A program made the position numbers and the translations under genes. Below, in pieces: positions 49,801 through 59,778 of a DNA stretch of 64,000 bases. This stretch comes from Candidatus Caldarchaeum sp. (GTDB lineage: Archaea > Thermoproteota > Nitrososphaeria_A > Caldarchaeales > Caldarchaeaceae): contig JAVZZH010000004.1 in assembly GCA_038885755.1 (NCBI GenBank), positions 32,001 through 96,000 of the forward strand, given 5' to 3'. Within the stretch, counting starts at the first letter, position 1, and every line of letters begins with the position of its first letter. The notes under the pieces are model-generated. The model had not been told where the DNA came from and did not search any database. It was given only the letters and a program-made list of their open reading frames with translations.

Positions 49801-50012
49801 GCAAGAATGTCGGTGGCCACCTGCGACCAGAAGCTGGGAACTTCAACGTCCTTCATCTCGAATATCACGTTGCCGGCTAGATCCTTGATCTGGGATGTTC
49901 GTCTCTCCCACCTGAAGTAGGAAAAGACATCCCTTCCGTCGGTGTAGAACCTGCTTACACGGAGACCCTCCGCCCTATCGGGTTGAGTTCTTGATTGCTC
50001 GGCAACAGTCAT
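46884..50012 (-). CDS. nrdJ: Vitamin B12-dependent (class II) ribonucleotide reductase
   Basis: SPNSPQWFN, ACFI, TNPCSE, APTGTI, GAISKTVN and YRDGSK motifs, TSCPD-like domain and C-terminal CPECG...CVNCGATTGCS; no intein seen. Confidence 0.93.
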   Translation of the reverse strand: MTVAEQSRTQPDRAEGLRVSRFYTDGRDVFSYFRWERRTSQIKDLAGNVIFEMKDVEVPSFWSQVATDILAQKYFRKTGVPQYDENGNLILDRDGKPLLGPERSLKQVVRRLAGCWRQWGEKLGYFATFEDAQAFQDEIEYMLIAQIASPNSPQWFNTGLQSAYGITGPAQGHYYYDEKVGVVPSTDAYTHPQAHACFILSIKDDLVNPGGIMDTWVKQARIYKYGSGEGCNYSVLRAKGEPLSGGGVSSGVMSFLKVGDAVAGSIKSGGTTRRAAKMVVLNVDHPEIEDFIDWKMKEEQKVAALVAAGYSPDFEGEAYQTVSGQNSNNSVRVTNEFMRRVLSDGDWELVWRTDGRVVKRVKARYLWDKIARAAWACADPGLQFDTTINEWNTCPETGRINATNPCSEFNFLDNTACNLASLNIVKFYDEEKGVFLIDAFKHAIRLWTIVLEITVAMAQYPSKEIAEMSYRTRSLGLGYANLGGLLMRMGLPYDSDRGRAVAAALTALMTAEVYATSSEIARVKGPFAEYEKNKRHVLRVLNNHRRAIYCCRPEEYEGLEVKPYLPPLELCDSYILEAARRSWDRAVELCEKYGVRNAQATLIAPTGTIGLLMDCDTLGIEPDFSIVKLKKLVGGGYFKLVNRSLEPALRKLGYTSRQIQDIIQYVVGTNTLYGPQPVNAQSLKARGLTEAEIQKVEQLLPSATSLKDVLNPWVLGVETMRRLGVPEQAYKDPSFNLLKHLGFSDEEINTSEEVVCGAMTVEGAPHLKQEHYAVFDCAVPSGKKGRRYIHYRAHLLMMAAVQPFLSGAISKTVNMPNDATPEDVASVYMDAWRLGLKCISIYRDGSKLSQPLTAKTPAKEESVPKPVRRRLPSERTAVTHKFRIGEQEGYITVGLYEDGTPGEVFIKMAKEGSTLAGLMDSFSIVTSIALQYGVPLKVLVDKFIHTRFEPSGFTDNPKIRFAKSVVDYVFRWLALKFLPEDQRQEIGLVDGDDVEPKASAEKVSAVKAPAPDAPPCPECGSIMARSGTCYVCVNCGATTGCS

Positions 50013-50101
50013 GCTGATACGTGGAAGCTGGAGACGATATAAAATTTTACCTCTTGTCTAGGGTGGAATGAATAAACAACTTAAAAGCATGCATCGTTTG
50101 T

Positions 50102-51193
50102 TCAACGAGTGACCTCTTGGGCCTTGACGAATTCGTACAACCTCTTCGCCTTCGGGTCTGTCTCGAACCATTTTCTCACAGGGGTCAACAACTCGTCCAA
50201 GGAGCGAGCGACCGCGTTCTTGAGGTCGAGAGGATGAAGCGAGCCGTTGACGAAGTCCCGGGCGAGCTGGCTGTAGTCAACGTACTCAACGTCTCCGCCG
50301 AACTTGGCGGGCCTCTCGACCATCATCTTCTTCTTTAAAGGAAAGATCACATACCTGCAGTACTCTAGAACAGGGTTGCCTTGAACCTGTTTGGGCGGGC
50401 AGTAGGCGTTGTGGATCTTTTGCTTGATCGTCTCGTAGTCGTCGTGGACGTAGATGCTCGACTCGGGAATGCTTTTACTCATCTTGGAGCTTATCTGGAC
50501 GTCGAGGGCTTCCTCCTCCTCCATGCCCATAGGGCCCGTGGGACCGGCCAACCCCATCAGCATGTGGTGGTGGACTGCAACAGGTTTCCAAAGCCCGAGC
50601 TTCGGACCTATCTCCCTAGCTAGGATGTTGGCCCTTCGTTGGTCGAGGCCAAGCTGGCATATCTTCGCACCTAGGGTGAATATGTCGGCGACCTGCATGC
50701 CCGGGTACAGGAGCTGAGCTGCTTCCTGGAGCTCTCCCTCTCTCCTGCCCATTATGGGGAGGCAGCGGAGCACCCTCCTAAGCGTCGTGCTCTTCAAAAC
50801 CTCTATGACGAGCTTCCAGTAATCCCTGTCAGCCGTCAGGTCGCTAGCCCATACTATGTCCACCTTACCGACGTCGACGCCCGAGGCCTTCCAGACTTCG
50901 ACAAAATACTCTCCGACCAGCCGAATCTTCTCCAAGTCGCCGCCCATCTTCTTGTTTATAGCTGCGTGCCAGTCTGCCAGCAGTAGCTTGAACCTGCATC
51001 CCGCTTCGAGCATGTCTCTCAGCTTGACGACCCTGAGCAGGGCGAAAGGTATGTGGGCGAGGCCGCTTGGCTCGAACCCGTCGTACGCGACGGGGCTTGA
51101 TTCGGTTTCGAGCAGGCTTCTGAGCTCGTCTGGAGTAAGCACTTCCTCGGTCGGAGGCCGCATTATCAGCTCCATCCTAGTCTCTAAATCCAT
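50102..51193 (-). CDS. tyrS: Tyrosine--tRNA ligase
   Basis: YDGFEPSG, LADWHA, YPGMQVADI, GLDQR, KMSKS and LHPLDLK motifs; likely start at ATG 51193, not the extended 51580. Confidence 0.93.
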   Translation of the reverse strand: MDLETRMELIMRPPTEEVLTPDELRSLLETESSPVAYDGFEPSGLAHIPFALLRVVKLRDMLEAGCRFKLLLADWHAAINKKMGGDLEKIRLVGEYFVEVWKASGVDVGKVDIVWASDLTADRDYWKLVIEVLKSTTLRRVLRCLPIMGRREGELQEAAQLLYPGMQVADIFTLGAKICQLGLDQRRANILAREIGPKLGLWKPVAVHHHMLMGLAGPTGPMGMEEEEALDVQISSKMSKSIPESSIYVHDDYETIKQKIHNAYCPPKQVQGNPVLEYCRYVIFPLKKKMMVERPAKFGGDVEYVDYSQLARDFVNGSLHPLDLKNAVARSLDELLTPVRKWFETDPKAKRLYEFVKAQEVTR

Positions 51194-51271
51194 CGTATTT
51201 TCACCAGCCGTGTCAGGTAATAAACGATGCTCCGCAATATGCTCATTAAGCGCTTTTGAAAGACATACTGC

Positions 51272-53329
51272 ATGCGCAAGCCCAACAGGCTGGCCAACGA
51301 GCAGAGCCCCTACCTTCTCCAGCACGCCTACAACCCCGTCGACTGGTATCCTTGGGGAGGCGAGGCTTTCGAGAAGGCTAGGGCGGAGAACAAGCTGATT
51401 TTCCTGAGCATAGGGTATTCCTCTTGCCACTGGTGCCATGTGATGGAGCGGGAATCTTTCGAGGATAAGCAGATAGCTGAACTTCTGAACACTTACTACG
51501 TTCCGGTGAAGGTTGACAGAGAGGAGAGGCCTGACGTAGACGAGCTGTACATGAAGGCTGTGATGCTGATGACCGGCCACGGTGGATGGCCGTTGACCGT
51601 TATCCTCACGCCCGACCTGAAGCCGGTGTTCGGAGGAACTTACTTCCCTCCAAGAAGAAGAGGAGGTTTGAGAGGGTTGGATGAAATCCTCAGGGCATTA
51701 GCCGATCTTTGGAAGAGAAGCCCGGATGAGCTCAGGAAGGCCGCTGAGCAGACTTCCACCATCCTGAAAAGCCTCTACATGGTTGAGCCTGCCGACCAAG
51801 AGCCGGAGTACAGCGTCGTGGTCCAAGCGTTCGACACTTTAGTGAACTCCTACGACGAGGTCTACGGAGGTTTCGGGACAGCGCCCAAGTTCCCCATGCC
51901 TCTCTACATCGAGTTCCTTCATGCCTACTACGCTGTCGAAAGGGAGGCGCTGGCTCTCAAAATGGCTTCCCACACCCTCGAGAGGATGGCTAGGGGAGGT
52001 GTTTACGACCAGCTTGCTGGAGGGTTTTTCCGCTACTCAACCGACCGCATATGGCTTGTTCCGCACTTCGAGAAGATGCTTTACGACAACGCACTGCTAG
52101 CCCGGGCGTATCTCCAGAACTACCAGCTTACGGGCAACGAGTTTATGCGAAGAGTCGCGGTCTCGACGCTCGACTGGATGCTGGACGAGCTCTCATCTCC
52201 AGAAGGCGGGTTTTACTCAGCCGTCGACGCCGACAGCCCCGAGGGGGAGGGCGCTTACTACGTCTGGCGGAAGTCGGAGGTCGAGCAGGCTTTGGAAGGC
52301 AGGGACGTCGAGATAGCGTTGAAAGCCTTCGGCGTGGCTGAGAACGGAAACTTTGAGGAGGGAAAATCTATCCTGACCTTTGTCAAGGACTTGGAGACGC
52401 TTTCTAAGGAGCTGAACATCGGAGTCGAGGAGCTGAAGAACAGGATCGAGCAGGTGCGTGAATTGCTTCTCGACGCGAGGAGGCGGAGGCCGAGGCCTGC
52501 GGTCGACGACAAGATAATAACCTCTTGGAACGGGTTGGCTGTTTCATGCTACAGCCATGCCTACCAAGCGCTTGGAGAGCAGCGCTACCTCGAAGCAGCG
52601 GCCAAGACCGCCGACTTCGTGCTGGACAGGCTTTACAGCAACGGTGTTCTTCACAGAGTTTACAGACAGAGAACCGGAGCGGAGGGTTTCTTGGAGGACT
52701 ACGCCTTCATGGCGAACGGCTTGGTTGACCTTTTCCAAACAACCTTTGAGACAAAATACTTGGAGGCTGCAGTCAACCTAGCCGACAAGATGACGGAGCT
52801 CTTCTGGGACGACGACAAGGGAGGATTCTTCTACGCTGTCGAGGACGTGGCGAATGTCTCGAGAATCAAGGAGGCTTACGACGGGGTAATTCCTTCAGGC
52901 AACTCCATGGCTGCGTGGCTACTGATACGACTGTTCGAGCTGACAGGCCGGTCTCATTACATCGAGAGAGCGGGCAGGGTTTTCAAAGCCTTTTCAGACC
53001 AGCTCAACAACCATCCAACCGAGCACGTCTTCATGCTGCAGGCGCTTGCAGCCTACCGCAAGCCGAGGACGGAGATAGTGGTGGCGTGCGGCCGTAGAGA
53101 AGAGGCTGAACCATTCCTCAAGCATCTTCACAGGAACTACCATCCATTCAAGACGGTTGTAGTCGTGGGTGACTGGAACAGGCTGAAGCTTTCGGAGCTT
53201 TCAACCCTCACGGCTGACAAACAGCCTTTAGACGGACAGCCAGCGGCCTACGTATGCGAGAACTACTCGTGCAGGCTGCCTGTGAAAGAACCGAGCGAGC
53301 TTCCCAAGCTTGTTGGGTGGGTTCGGTGA
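51272..53329 (+). CDS. Thioredoxin-domain protein, YyaL/SSP411 family
   Basis: [28 protein letters not shown] and [11 protein letters not shown] motifs. Confidence 0.92.
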   Translation: MRKPNRLANEQSPYLLQHAYNPVDWYPWGGEAFEKARAENKLIFLSIGYSSCHWCHVMERESFEDKQIAELLNTYYVPVKVDREERPDVDELYMKAVMLMTGHGGWPLTVILTPDLKPVFGGTYFPPRRRGGLRGLDEILRALADLWKRSPDELRKAAEQTSTILKSLYMVEPADQEPEYSVVVQAFDTLVNSYDEVYGGFGTAPKFPMPLYIEFLHAYYAVEREALALKMASHTLERMARGGVYDQLAGGFFRYSTDRIWLVPHFEKMLYDNALLARAYLQNYQLTGNEFMRRVAVSTLDWMLDELSSPEGGFYSAVDADSPEGEGAYYVWRKSEVEQALEGRDVEIALKAFGVAENGNFEEGKSILTFVKDLETLSKELNIGVEELKNRIEQVRELLLDARRRRPRPAVDDKIITSWNGLAVSCYSHAYQALGEQRYLEAAAKTADFVLDRLYSNGVLHRVYRQRTGAEGFLEDYAFMANGLVDLFQTTFETKYLEAAVNLADKMTELFWDDDKGGFFYAVEDVANVSRIKEAYDGVIPSGNSMAAWLLIRLFELTGRSHYIERAGRVFKAFSDQLNNHPTEHVFMLQALAAYRKPRTEIVVACGRREEAEPFLKHLHRNYHPFKTVVVVGDWNRLKLSELSTLTADKQPLDGQPAAYVCENYSCRLPVKEPSELPKLVGWVR

Positions 53330-54474
53330 ACGGGCCTGCTCGAAAGATACTGCTGCTAACATGGATATCATGGTTCTGGAGCCACGGCACCCGCGTGGGA
53401 ATACCAGCCATAACACCTTTCATAAGGCAGCGGCTGGGGATCTCTACAGCTGAAGCCGCAGCCATGCCCGGGCTGCTGAACCTAGGCTTTTACCTATTCG
53501 CCTTCCTCTCGGGGAAGCTGGCTACTAGGATAGGGTCGAGGAACGGCGTTGTCTACGCGTCTCTAGGCTCGGGCGTTGTGCTGGCGGCGTCCTCCCTAGC
53601 GGAGAACGTCTACGTCATGTATGCGGGGCTGTTTGCCACCGGCATGCTACTCTCGATGCATCTGCCCTCCGCCATCCCTTGGCTGGGAAGGCTCTTCAAA
53701 GGACCTAGACAAGGCCTCATCATCGGCGTCCACGAGTCAGCCGCCCCCACTGGACAAACCCTAGGCCCCCTGATACTCGCCTTCCTCATCTCATCGACCG
53801 CGTTCTCCGCCTCTCTCCTCGCATGGGCTTTAGTGCCCGTGCTGGCGGGGCTTTCCCTGATGTTTTTCAGGGAAGGAGGCCGTGAAACCCACGTGGCGGA
53901 AGGCGGGCTCCGATCGTCGGCGAAACCTAAGATTGTTCCGCTGACAGTGTTGACCACGGCGAACCTTGTGGGGAACTTGGGAGTTGTCGCGATAGTGCCT
54001 CTTCATCTAGTCGATACGTTTGGCCTAGACAAGGGGTTCGTCGCCTCGGTAGTAGGCGCTAGCCGCCTATTGGGAGTGTTCGGCCAGCCGCTGGGCGGTC
54101 ATCTCCACGACCGGTTTGGTTTTCTCGGAGTCGCCGCAGCCCTCTCGACGATAAACCTCGTGTCCAACGCTTACCTGATGCTGGCCCCCTACAGCGAGTT
54201 TTACGCCGCCGTGATGGTCGTCCAAGCAGCCTCTACAGCTATGTACTTCCCCCTCGTCTACAGCCATCTCGTCAGAAACTTCGGCCCAGCAGCCTCCACA
54301 ACACTAGGCAAGATGTTCACTGTTGCAGGCATCGTCGGCCCAACCTCAGCTCCTTTCATAGCCGGGTTTATCGCTGACAGGATGGGCTACTCGGCTGCGC
54401 TAGCCTATCCCACAGGTCTGGCGGCTGCAGGCGTTGCCTCGCTGTTCTTCCTCAGGCGTGGAGGTAAGATTTAA
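53326..54474 (+). CDS. MFS transporter
   Basis: About 12 hydrophobic segments, GKLATRIG and GHLHDRFG motif-A-like loops; GTG start overlaps the upstream stop. Confidence 0.82.
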   Translation: MNGPARKILLLTWISWFWSHGTRVGIPAITPFIRQRLGISTAEAAAMPGLLNLGFYLFAFLSGKLATRIGSRNGVVYASLGSGVVLAASSLAENVYVMYAGLFATGMLLSMHLPSAIPWLGRLFKGPRQGLIIGVHESAAPTGQTLGPLILAFLISSTAFSASLLAWALVPVLAGLSLMFFREGGRETHVAEGGLRSSAKPKIVPLTVLTTANLVGNLGVVAIVPLHLVDTFGLDKGFVASVVGASRLLGVFGQPLGGHLHDRFGFLGVAAALSTINLVSNAYLMLAPYSEFYAAVMVVQAASTAMYFPLVYSHLVRNFGPAASTTLGKMFTVAGIVGPTSAPFIAGFIADRMGYSAALAYPTGLAAAGVASLFFLRRGGKI

Positions 54475-54507
54475 TATTATAAAGCTCGGGGTTTATCAAG
54501 GCTGTGC

Positions 54508-55641
54508 ATGGTTGTCCTGAAGCTACCGGATGTTGGTGAAGGAATAGCCGAGGGCGAGGTCGTCAGGTTCTTGGTTAAGGAAGGCGACATGGTTGAGAAG
54601 TATCAGCCTCTAGTCGAAGTGATGACGGTCAAAGTCAACATAGAGATTCCGTCGCCAGTTAAGGGAAAGGTGGTAAGGTTTCTCGCCAGCCCCGGGCAGG
54701 TGTTGAAGGTAGGCGACCCTTTCATCGAGATACAGTCGGATGAGGCTGTGGAGGAAGCTCCGGTGAAGGAGGAGCCGGCGCCGAAGACGTTGGCTCAGCA
54801 GCCTGTTCAGAAAACAGGCGTTTTAGCTACTCCGGCGGTCAAGAAGCTTGCGAGGGATTTGGGCGTTGACATCTCTTCAGTGGCCGGAACAGGGCCGGGA
54901 GGTAGAATAACCGAGGAGGATGTTAGGAGGGCGGCTTCTGCGGCTGAAACGAGAATACCGATCAAGGGGTTGAGACGCATGATAGCTGAGCGGCTGGTCA
55001 CCGCTAGGTCTAGGACTGCTTTGGTGACTGTTTTCGAGGTGGTTGACGCCGGGGAGCTTGTGAAGCTTAGGGATGAGCTGCGCAGAGACCCTAGAGCTAG
55101 AGACTTGAAGATAACTTACATGCCGTTGATCATGAAGGCTATCGTTGAGACTGTGCGCAAATATCCGATGATGAACGGATGGATAGACGACGAGAGGAAC
55201 GAAATTGTCGTCTCAAGAAGTGTCAACATAGGTTTTGCCGTTGACACGGCTGAGGGTCTATTGGTTCCCAACGTGAAGAACGTCGAGTCGAAGGACGTGT
55301 GGACTCTCGCCAAGGAGGTTGAGGAGCTTGCGGAGAAGGCTAGGGCTGGACGGCTTACGCTGGACGAGATCAGGGGTGGGACGATCAGCGTCTCCAACTA
55401 CGGTTCTCTCGGCTCGCTTTCAGGAACGCCGTTGATAAACTATCCCGAGATAGCTGTCGTGGGCGTTGGCAGGATTGAGAAAAGACCAGTAGTCCGGAAC
55501 GACGCCGTGGTTGTGGGAGAGGTGCTTGAGCTGGCCACGACGATAGACCACAGAGCTGTCGACGGCGGAACTATGAGCGGTTTCGTGCTAGAGCTCAAGC
55601 GAAACCTAGAGAACATCAAGCAGGTTATAGGCCGATTTTGA
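54508..55641 (+). CDS. Dihydrolipoamide acyltransferase (E2) of a 2-oxoacid dehydrogenase
   Basis: Lipoyl domain LPDVGEGIAEGE, E3-binding ATPAVKKLAR...GTGPGGRI, and catalytic DHRAVDG. Confidence 0.92.
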   Translation: MVVLKLPDVGEGIAEGEVVRFLVKEGDMVEKYQPLVEVMTVKVNIEIPSPVKGKVVRFLASPGQVLKVGDPFIEIQSDEAVEEAPVKEEPAPKTLAQQPVQKTGVLATPAVKKLARDLGVDISSVAGTGPGGRITEEDVRRAASAAETRIPIKGLRRMIAERLVTARSRTALVTVFEVVDAGELVKLRDELRRDPRARDLKITYMPLIMKAIVETVRKYPMMNGWIDDERNEIVVSRSVNIGFAVDTAEGLLVPNVKNVESKDVWTLAKEVEELAEKARAGRLTLDEIRGGTISVSNYGSLGSLSGTPLINYPEIAVVGVGRIEKRPVVRNDAVVVGEVLELATTIDHRAVDGGTMSGFVLELKRNLENIKQVIGRF

Positions 55642-56261
55642 AGAGCTTGGCTGAAGCGGGGTTTATGGTCGGTGTCTGGGTAGAAACGATAGTCTCCACC
55701 TATTCGATTGACGGCATGCCGCACGCGGCTGCGATGGGCTGCACGACAACCGACGGCTCATCAATCCTGCTCAAGCCCTTCAAAGACACCAAGACATACA
55801 ACAACTTGGTGAGCAGGAGGAGCTTGGTAGTAAACGTATGCCACGACCCTGTTGTCTTCTACAAAGCTGTCTTCGACCAAGGCTTGACGTTCGGAATGGC
55901 TAGGCGTGTCAACGCTCCTAGGGTTTTGGAGGCATCGGCCTGGGTTGAGGCCGTCGTCTCGGAGCTAAAAGAATTCCCGGGGCCTAGGGCTGAGGCCCTG
56001 TGCAGCGTCATAGACGTCGACTTGGTTTTTGAGAAGCCACGGCCTTACAGCAGAGCTGAGCATGCTTTGATGGAGGCCTTGATCCACTTCACCAGAGTCA
56101 GGGCCTTCGCAGGAACCGAGAGACACGGCGAGGCAGAGGTTCTGCTCGAGAGAATCAAGTACTACGAGGATCTAGTCAAACGCGTTTCCTCCAACCAGTT
56201 TCATCTAAGCATGATTGAGAAGATCGTCGGCGAAGCGTCTAGGCTGGTTGAGCGTTCTTGA
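55638..56261 (+). CDS. DUF447-like protein (split-barrel, FMN-binding fold)
   Basis: ETIVST, PHAAAMG, TKTYNNL and EALIHFTR segments; adjacent to the RFAP synthase. Confidence 0.72.
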   Translation: MKSLAEAGFMVGVWVETIVSTYSIDGMPHAAAMGCTTTDGSSILLKPFKDTKTYNNLVSRRSLVVNVCHDPVVFYKAVFDQGLTFGMARRVNAPRVLEASAWVEAVVSELKEFPGPRAEALCSVIDVDLVFEKPRPYSRAEHALMEALIHFTRVRAFAGTERHGEAEVLLERIKYYEDLVKRVSSNQFHLSMIEKIVGEASRLVERS

Positions 56262-57193
56262 TCGTGGAGGTCAAGTCTCCGGCTAGGCTTCACCTTGGTT
56301 TGACGGAGCTCGGTGGTCATTTTGGGCGGATGTACGGCGGAGTGGGTGTTGGAGTTGAGCCACCTTCGTGCCGTGTGAGAGTAGAGAGCTGGGATTGGTT
56401 TGACGTCGAAGGGCATGAACAGTACTACGTCAAGAACCTAGCTTCTAAGCTTGAAAAAATCCTCGGCAGGAAACTCGCTGGGAGGATAAGCGTCCTCGAG
56501 ACTATTCCAGCCCACGTCGGCCTAGGCTCACGTACCCAGCTAGCGCTCTGCGTGGCTACAGCCCTATGCAAAGCCAACGGCTTGAACCCCTCAACGCGAG
56601 TGCTTGCGGAGGCCCTCGGCCGTGGAAGCGTTTCCGGAGTCGGGGTGGCGGTGTTCGAAAACGGCGGGTTTGTGGTCGACATGCCCAAGCGAATCAATTC
56701 GGGACGTGTTTCAGGCTATCTAAGGATGAGCTTCCCCGGCGACTGGGCGTTTGCTGTAGCATACCCCTTACATGACAAGGGCCCTTCCGACGAGCAGGAG
56801 GCCGAGCTGTTCAGCCGTCTCCCCGCCATGCCTGAAGAAAAATGCGCCTCGCTGTCGCACCTAGTGTTGGGTAAGCTGCTGCCAGCCTTGGCCGACAAAG
56901 ACGCTGTAGAATTCGGAGAGGCGTTGACAGAGCTGCAGAAAATCGTCGGCTCATACTTTTCACAGGTTCAGGGAGGGGTGTATAAGCGTCCCGAGCCTCT
57001 GAAGATTCTGGAGAATTGTGGAGCTCTGGGCTTGGGCCAGAGCTCTTGGGGCCCGGCTGTCTACGGGTTCTTCAGCTCCTTTCAAGACGCTGAGGAAGCG
57101 GTTTCTAGGACACGTGAACAGCTCGGCGACGGATGGGTGGTCTTCGCCACGAGGGCAAACAACAAGGGCGCTCAAACTTCAGTCCTGCCTTAG
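56258..57193 (+). CDS. Beta-ribofuranosylaminobenzene 5'-phosphate synthase family (GHMP kinase fold)
   Basis: PARLHLG, HVGLGSRTQ, GRGSVSGVG, GGFVVD and GQSSWGP motifs. Confidence 0.85.
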   Translation: MIVEVKSPARLHLGLTELGGHFGRMYGGVGVGVEPPSCRVRVESWDWFDVEGHEQYYVKNLASKLEKILGRKLAGRISVLETIPAHVGLGSRTQLALCVATALCKANGLNPSTRVLAEALGRGSVSGVGVAVFENGGFVVDMPKRINSGRVSGYLRMSFPGDWAFAVAYPLHDKGPSDEQEAELFSRLPAMPEEKCASLSHLVLGKLLPALADKDAVEFGEALTELQKIVGSYFSQVQGGVYKRPEPLKILENCGALGLGQSSWGPAVYGFFSSFQDAEEAVSRTREQLGDGWVVFATRANNKGAQTSVLP

Positions 57194-58285
57194 CTGTTTT
57201 ATGATGTTTCCGACCTCGAAGCCGGGCAGTTTGACGTGGTCGAGGACGGTTCCAGAACATTTCCGTAGCTCGAGAGTCTCAACCAGCTCAGCGTACCTTC
57301 CGCCCCCCAGCCCGTCGGCGACCAAAGCAGCACCCATAGCAACGTCCTTAGCCCGTCTCGCAAATTCATAGACAGGCCGGCGAGCCTTGAGGCCTAGCCT
57401 GCGGTCTATAGCTTGGATGATATCCTCCCTCAGCTCGGGCACTCTGGATAGCCTACCCGTCAAAACAACCTCGTAGGGCTTCGAGTCCATCACCGACGAC
57501 AAGCCTGCCACAGCCTTGACAACTCCCTCCACAAAACTTCTCCACCCATCTCTGAAGACCGAGCCGCGCCCCTGAACGAAATCCTCGATGGATACAGAAG
57601 AGCCGTAAGCCGTGTAGGAAGCGCCTCCCGTGAAAAGAATTTTTTTGCTGACCTCGCCCAAGAGATAAGCCAGCTCCCCGTCCATCCCTCCGTGAGACAG
57701 GTAGCCCGGCCCGGGGAAACACGTTCCCCCGAACCCGTCGACGATCCTGCCGTTCTCCACGGCGACCGCAGCGTTGTAGCCGTAGCCCAGCTCGACGCAG
57801 ACAAGCCTAGTGTCCCCGTACTTGATCCCCAGCCTTCTGGACTGGTCCCAAACGGCGTAGGCCGCTGAGCAGGTCTTGTCAGCCGTGCCCATGTCGATTC
57901 TGTTCGTCTTGCGGTGTTCTGGTACTGAGGACAGCTGAACGACTCCGGGCACCATGTACGCGTTTATGCCCTCTTCCTTCATCATCCTCAGCAGTCGTCT
58001 AACACCGCTGAGCACAGATATCCCCGAGTCCGTCCTCTTCTCGAGCGTCGTCAGAGCCAAGTCATCGTTGGATAGCTCGGCCACTTTCTTCAACGGAAGG
58101 CCGTATCCCGAGGGCCCTGCCACGACGTCGGGCATGGCTCGTTTAATCACTTGGATGATTTTACCGGTCTCCTCGGCGACGAGCTTCGACGGAAATGTCT
58201 CGTCTAAAACAACCCTGTCCACGTCATCCTCGATGCAGCAGAAGTCGAAGTTCCCTGTCCCCGGGTCTATTCCCAGAGCACGCAT
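57179..58285 (-). CDS. DUF1464-like protein (ASKHA fold)
   Basis: GIDPGT, GPSGYG, NRIDMGTADK, IVDGFGG and DGELAY motifs. Confidence 0.78.
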   Translation of the reverse strand: MRALGIDPGTGNFDFCCIEDDVDRVVLDETFPSKLVAEETGKIIQVIKRAMPDVVAGPSGYGLPLKKVAELSNDDLALTTLEKRTDSGISVLSGVRRLLRMMKEEGINAYMVPGVVQLSSVPEHRKTNRIDMGTADKTCSAAYAVWDQSRRLGIKYGDTRLVCVELGYGYNAAVAVENGRIVDGFGGTCFPGPGYLSHGGMDGELAYLLGEVSKKILFTGGASYTAYGSSVSIEDFVQGRGSVFRDGWRSFVEGVVKAVAGLSSVMDSKPYEVVLTGRLSRVPELREDIIQAIDRRLGLKARRPVYEFARRAKDVAMGAALVADGLGGGRYAELVETLELRKCSGTVLDHVKLPGFEVGNIIKQLRQD

Positions 58286-58298
58286 AAGAACCAGCCTG

Positions 58299-59357
58299 TC
58301 AGACAGACTTGACCAAGAGCCTCGTAATAGCAGACGGATCCACGACGCCTTCCTCGATGTTCTTGGCTATCGTCGACAGGTTCCTCACCTCAACCTCCTT
58401 CAACACCAGAAAGGCTATCAAAACAGACTGCTGGAAAGGCGTCTTGTAGAAGCTCTCGACAGCGTAACTGATCTTTGCATTTCTCGCACTTTCCTCGATT
58501 GACAACGCCGTCTTGTAAGGCTCGTCCTCGACGCTGACCTTTCGCAAGTAATCCATCAAAGGAATCTGCTGAAACGCAGCCTTGACGTCATCTGCCGTCA
58601 AAAGGTTCTCCACATGGCTCATCTTCAGGTTAATCGTCTGCGAGGGGAGAAACTCTCTAGCCTGTGGTACTGTAAGCCTCCAGCCTCTAGACCTCAAAGC
58701 CGTGGTCAGGGCGTATGTGTCTACATCCATCGAGACGAAAGGCCTTAGGTATTTGCGGGCGCTTCTCGGAGTTTTCTTGAACGCCTTGAGCAGCCCTTCA
58801 ACGTACATCTTGTCAAAGACAGCGTCTATGGCTGAAAAATCCCTCCTGCTTTCCCAGACCGCTACGGCTGAAGAGACTAGGGAGGATAGCTCGGTCTTGA
58901 CGAGCTCGTTCACGGCCTCAGCGATGTCCTTGGCGGATGTAGCCTTGAGGGCCCTGTCCCTGATGGCGAGGAGCGTTTCAGGATACAGGTCGACGGATTT
59001 GAGCACTTCATCCACAGGTTTGTTCATGGCTTTTCCTTTGAGGATGCTCTTGATGTTGAAGTAGACGTACCTCATGAAATACTGCTTCAGGAGATGGGGC
59101 TTGGGCGCGGTCTGCGTAAATCCGTAATGGACGTAAACTAAGTGTCTCCACAGGGATTTCTCTACTTCTAATGCTGTGAAGGGTTTTTGGAGCTGGGCTA
59201 GGAACGGGGCGTACGGCGATGTTCTGAGCCTATCCACAAAGTCTGTCAGAGACCTCGAGTCGGCCAGCTCCTCCAACACGGCGTAAGGCATAAGCAGCGA
59301 CCTTAGCGCATAAGCCTTGGCCACCGCATACACAGGGTCGCCTTCAAGCCTCACCAA
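58299..59357 (-). CDS. atpC: A/V-type ATP synthase subunit C
   Basis: YAVAKAYALRSLL, NIKSILKGK and KEVEVRNLSTI segments. Confidence 0.82.
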   Translation of the reverse strand: MVRLEGDPVYAVAKAYALRSLLMPYAVLEELADSRSLTDFVDRLRTSPYAPFLAQLQKPFTALEVEKSLWRHLVYVHYGFTQTAPKPHLLKQYFMRYVYFNIKSILKGKAMNKPVDEVLKSVDLYPETLLAIRDRALKATSAKDIAEAVNELVKTELSSLVSSAVAVWESRRDFSAIDAVFDKMYVEGLLKAFKKTPRSARKYLRPFVSMDVDTYALTTALRSRGWRLTVPQAREFLPSQTINLKMSHVENLLTADDVKAAFQQIPLMDYLRKVSVEDEPYKTALSIEESARNAKISYAVESFYKTPFQQSVLIAFLVLKEVEVRNLSTIAKNIEEGVVDPSAITRLLVKSV

Positions 59358-59382
59358 GGCGGTTAAACTCCATGAAGCTGGT

Positions 59383-59718
59383 CTATAACGTTATCCTGCC
59401 CGATAGGATAGACCTCAGAACCAGTTCCTCAGCCTTCTGCCTCAGCTCCTCCGCTCTTCTCCTCACACGGCCAGCCTCCGAAGACCCTCTGGCGATGATC
59501 TCCCTCGCTATCTCCTCAGACCTCTTGACCTCTTCAGAGAGAAGACTATCTTCCCTTGCTCTAGCCTCCTCCAGAAGCTTTGTCTTGAGCTTCTCAGCCT
59601 CCCTCGCCGCCGTCTCCAAAAGCTCCCTCCTGTAAGCGATTGCGGATTCCTGAAGCTCGTCCAGCTTCTCCTCGACCTTCTTCAAGAGCTCGACGACTTC
59701 CTCAACCTTGGTGGCCAC
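59383..59718 (-). CDS. Probable A/V-type ATP synthase subunit H/G
   Basis: 111-aa E/K/R-rich coiled coil directly upstream of subunit C. Confidence 0.6.
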   Translation of the reverse strand: MATKVEEVVELLKKVEEKLDELQESAIAYRRELLETAAREAEKLKTKLLEEARAREDSLLSEEVKRSEEIAREIIARGSSEAGRVRRRAEELRQKAEELVLRSILSGRITL

Positions 59719-59778
59719 GACGTAGTTTTTGAACGGTTGATTATAACCTTATTTCGGACAGGCGGTGAAGTCCTGCGG

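Noticed and set aside
46884-50012. Intein or intron in the ribonucleotide reductase
   Set aside because: Catalytic motifs are contiguous, and no intein termini or LAGLIDADG motifs were seen.
51194-51580. N-terminal extension of TyrRS
   Set aside because: It is mostly antisense to the conserved YyaL N-terminus; TyrRS similarity starts at ATG 51193.
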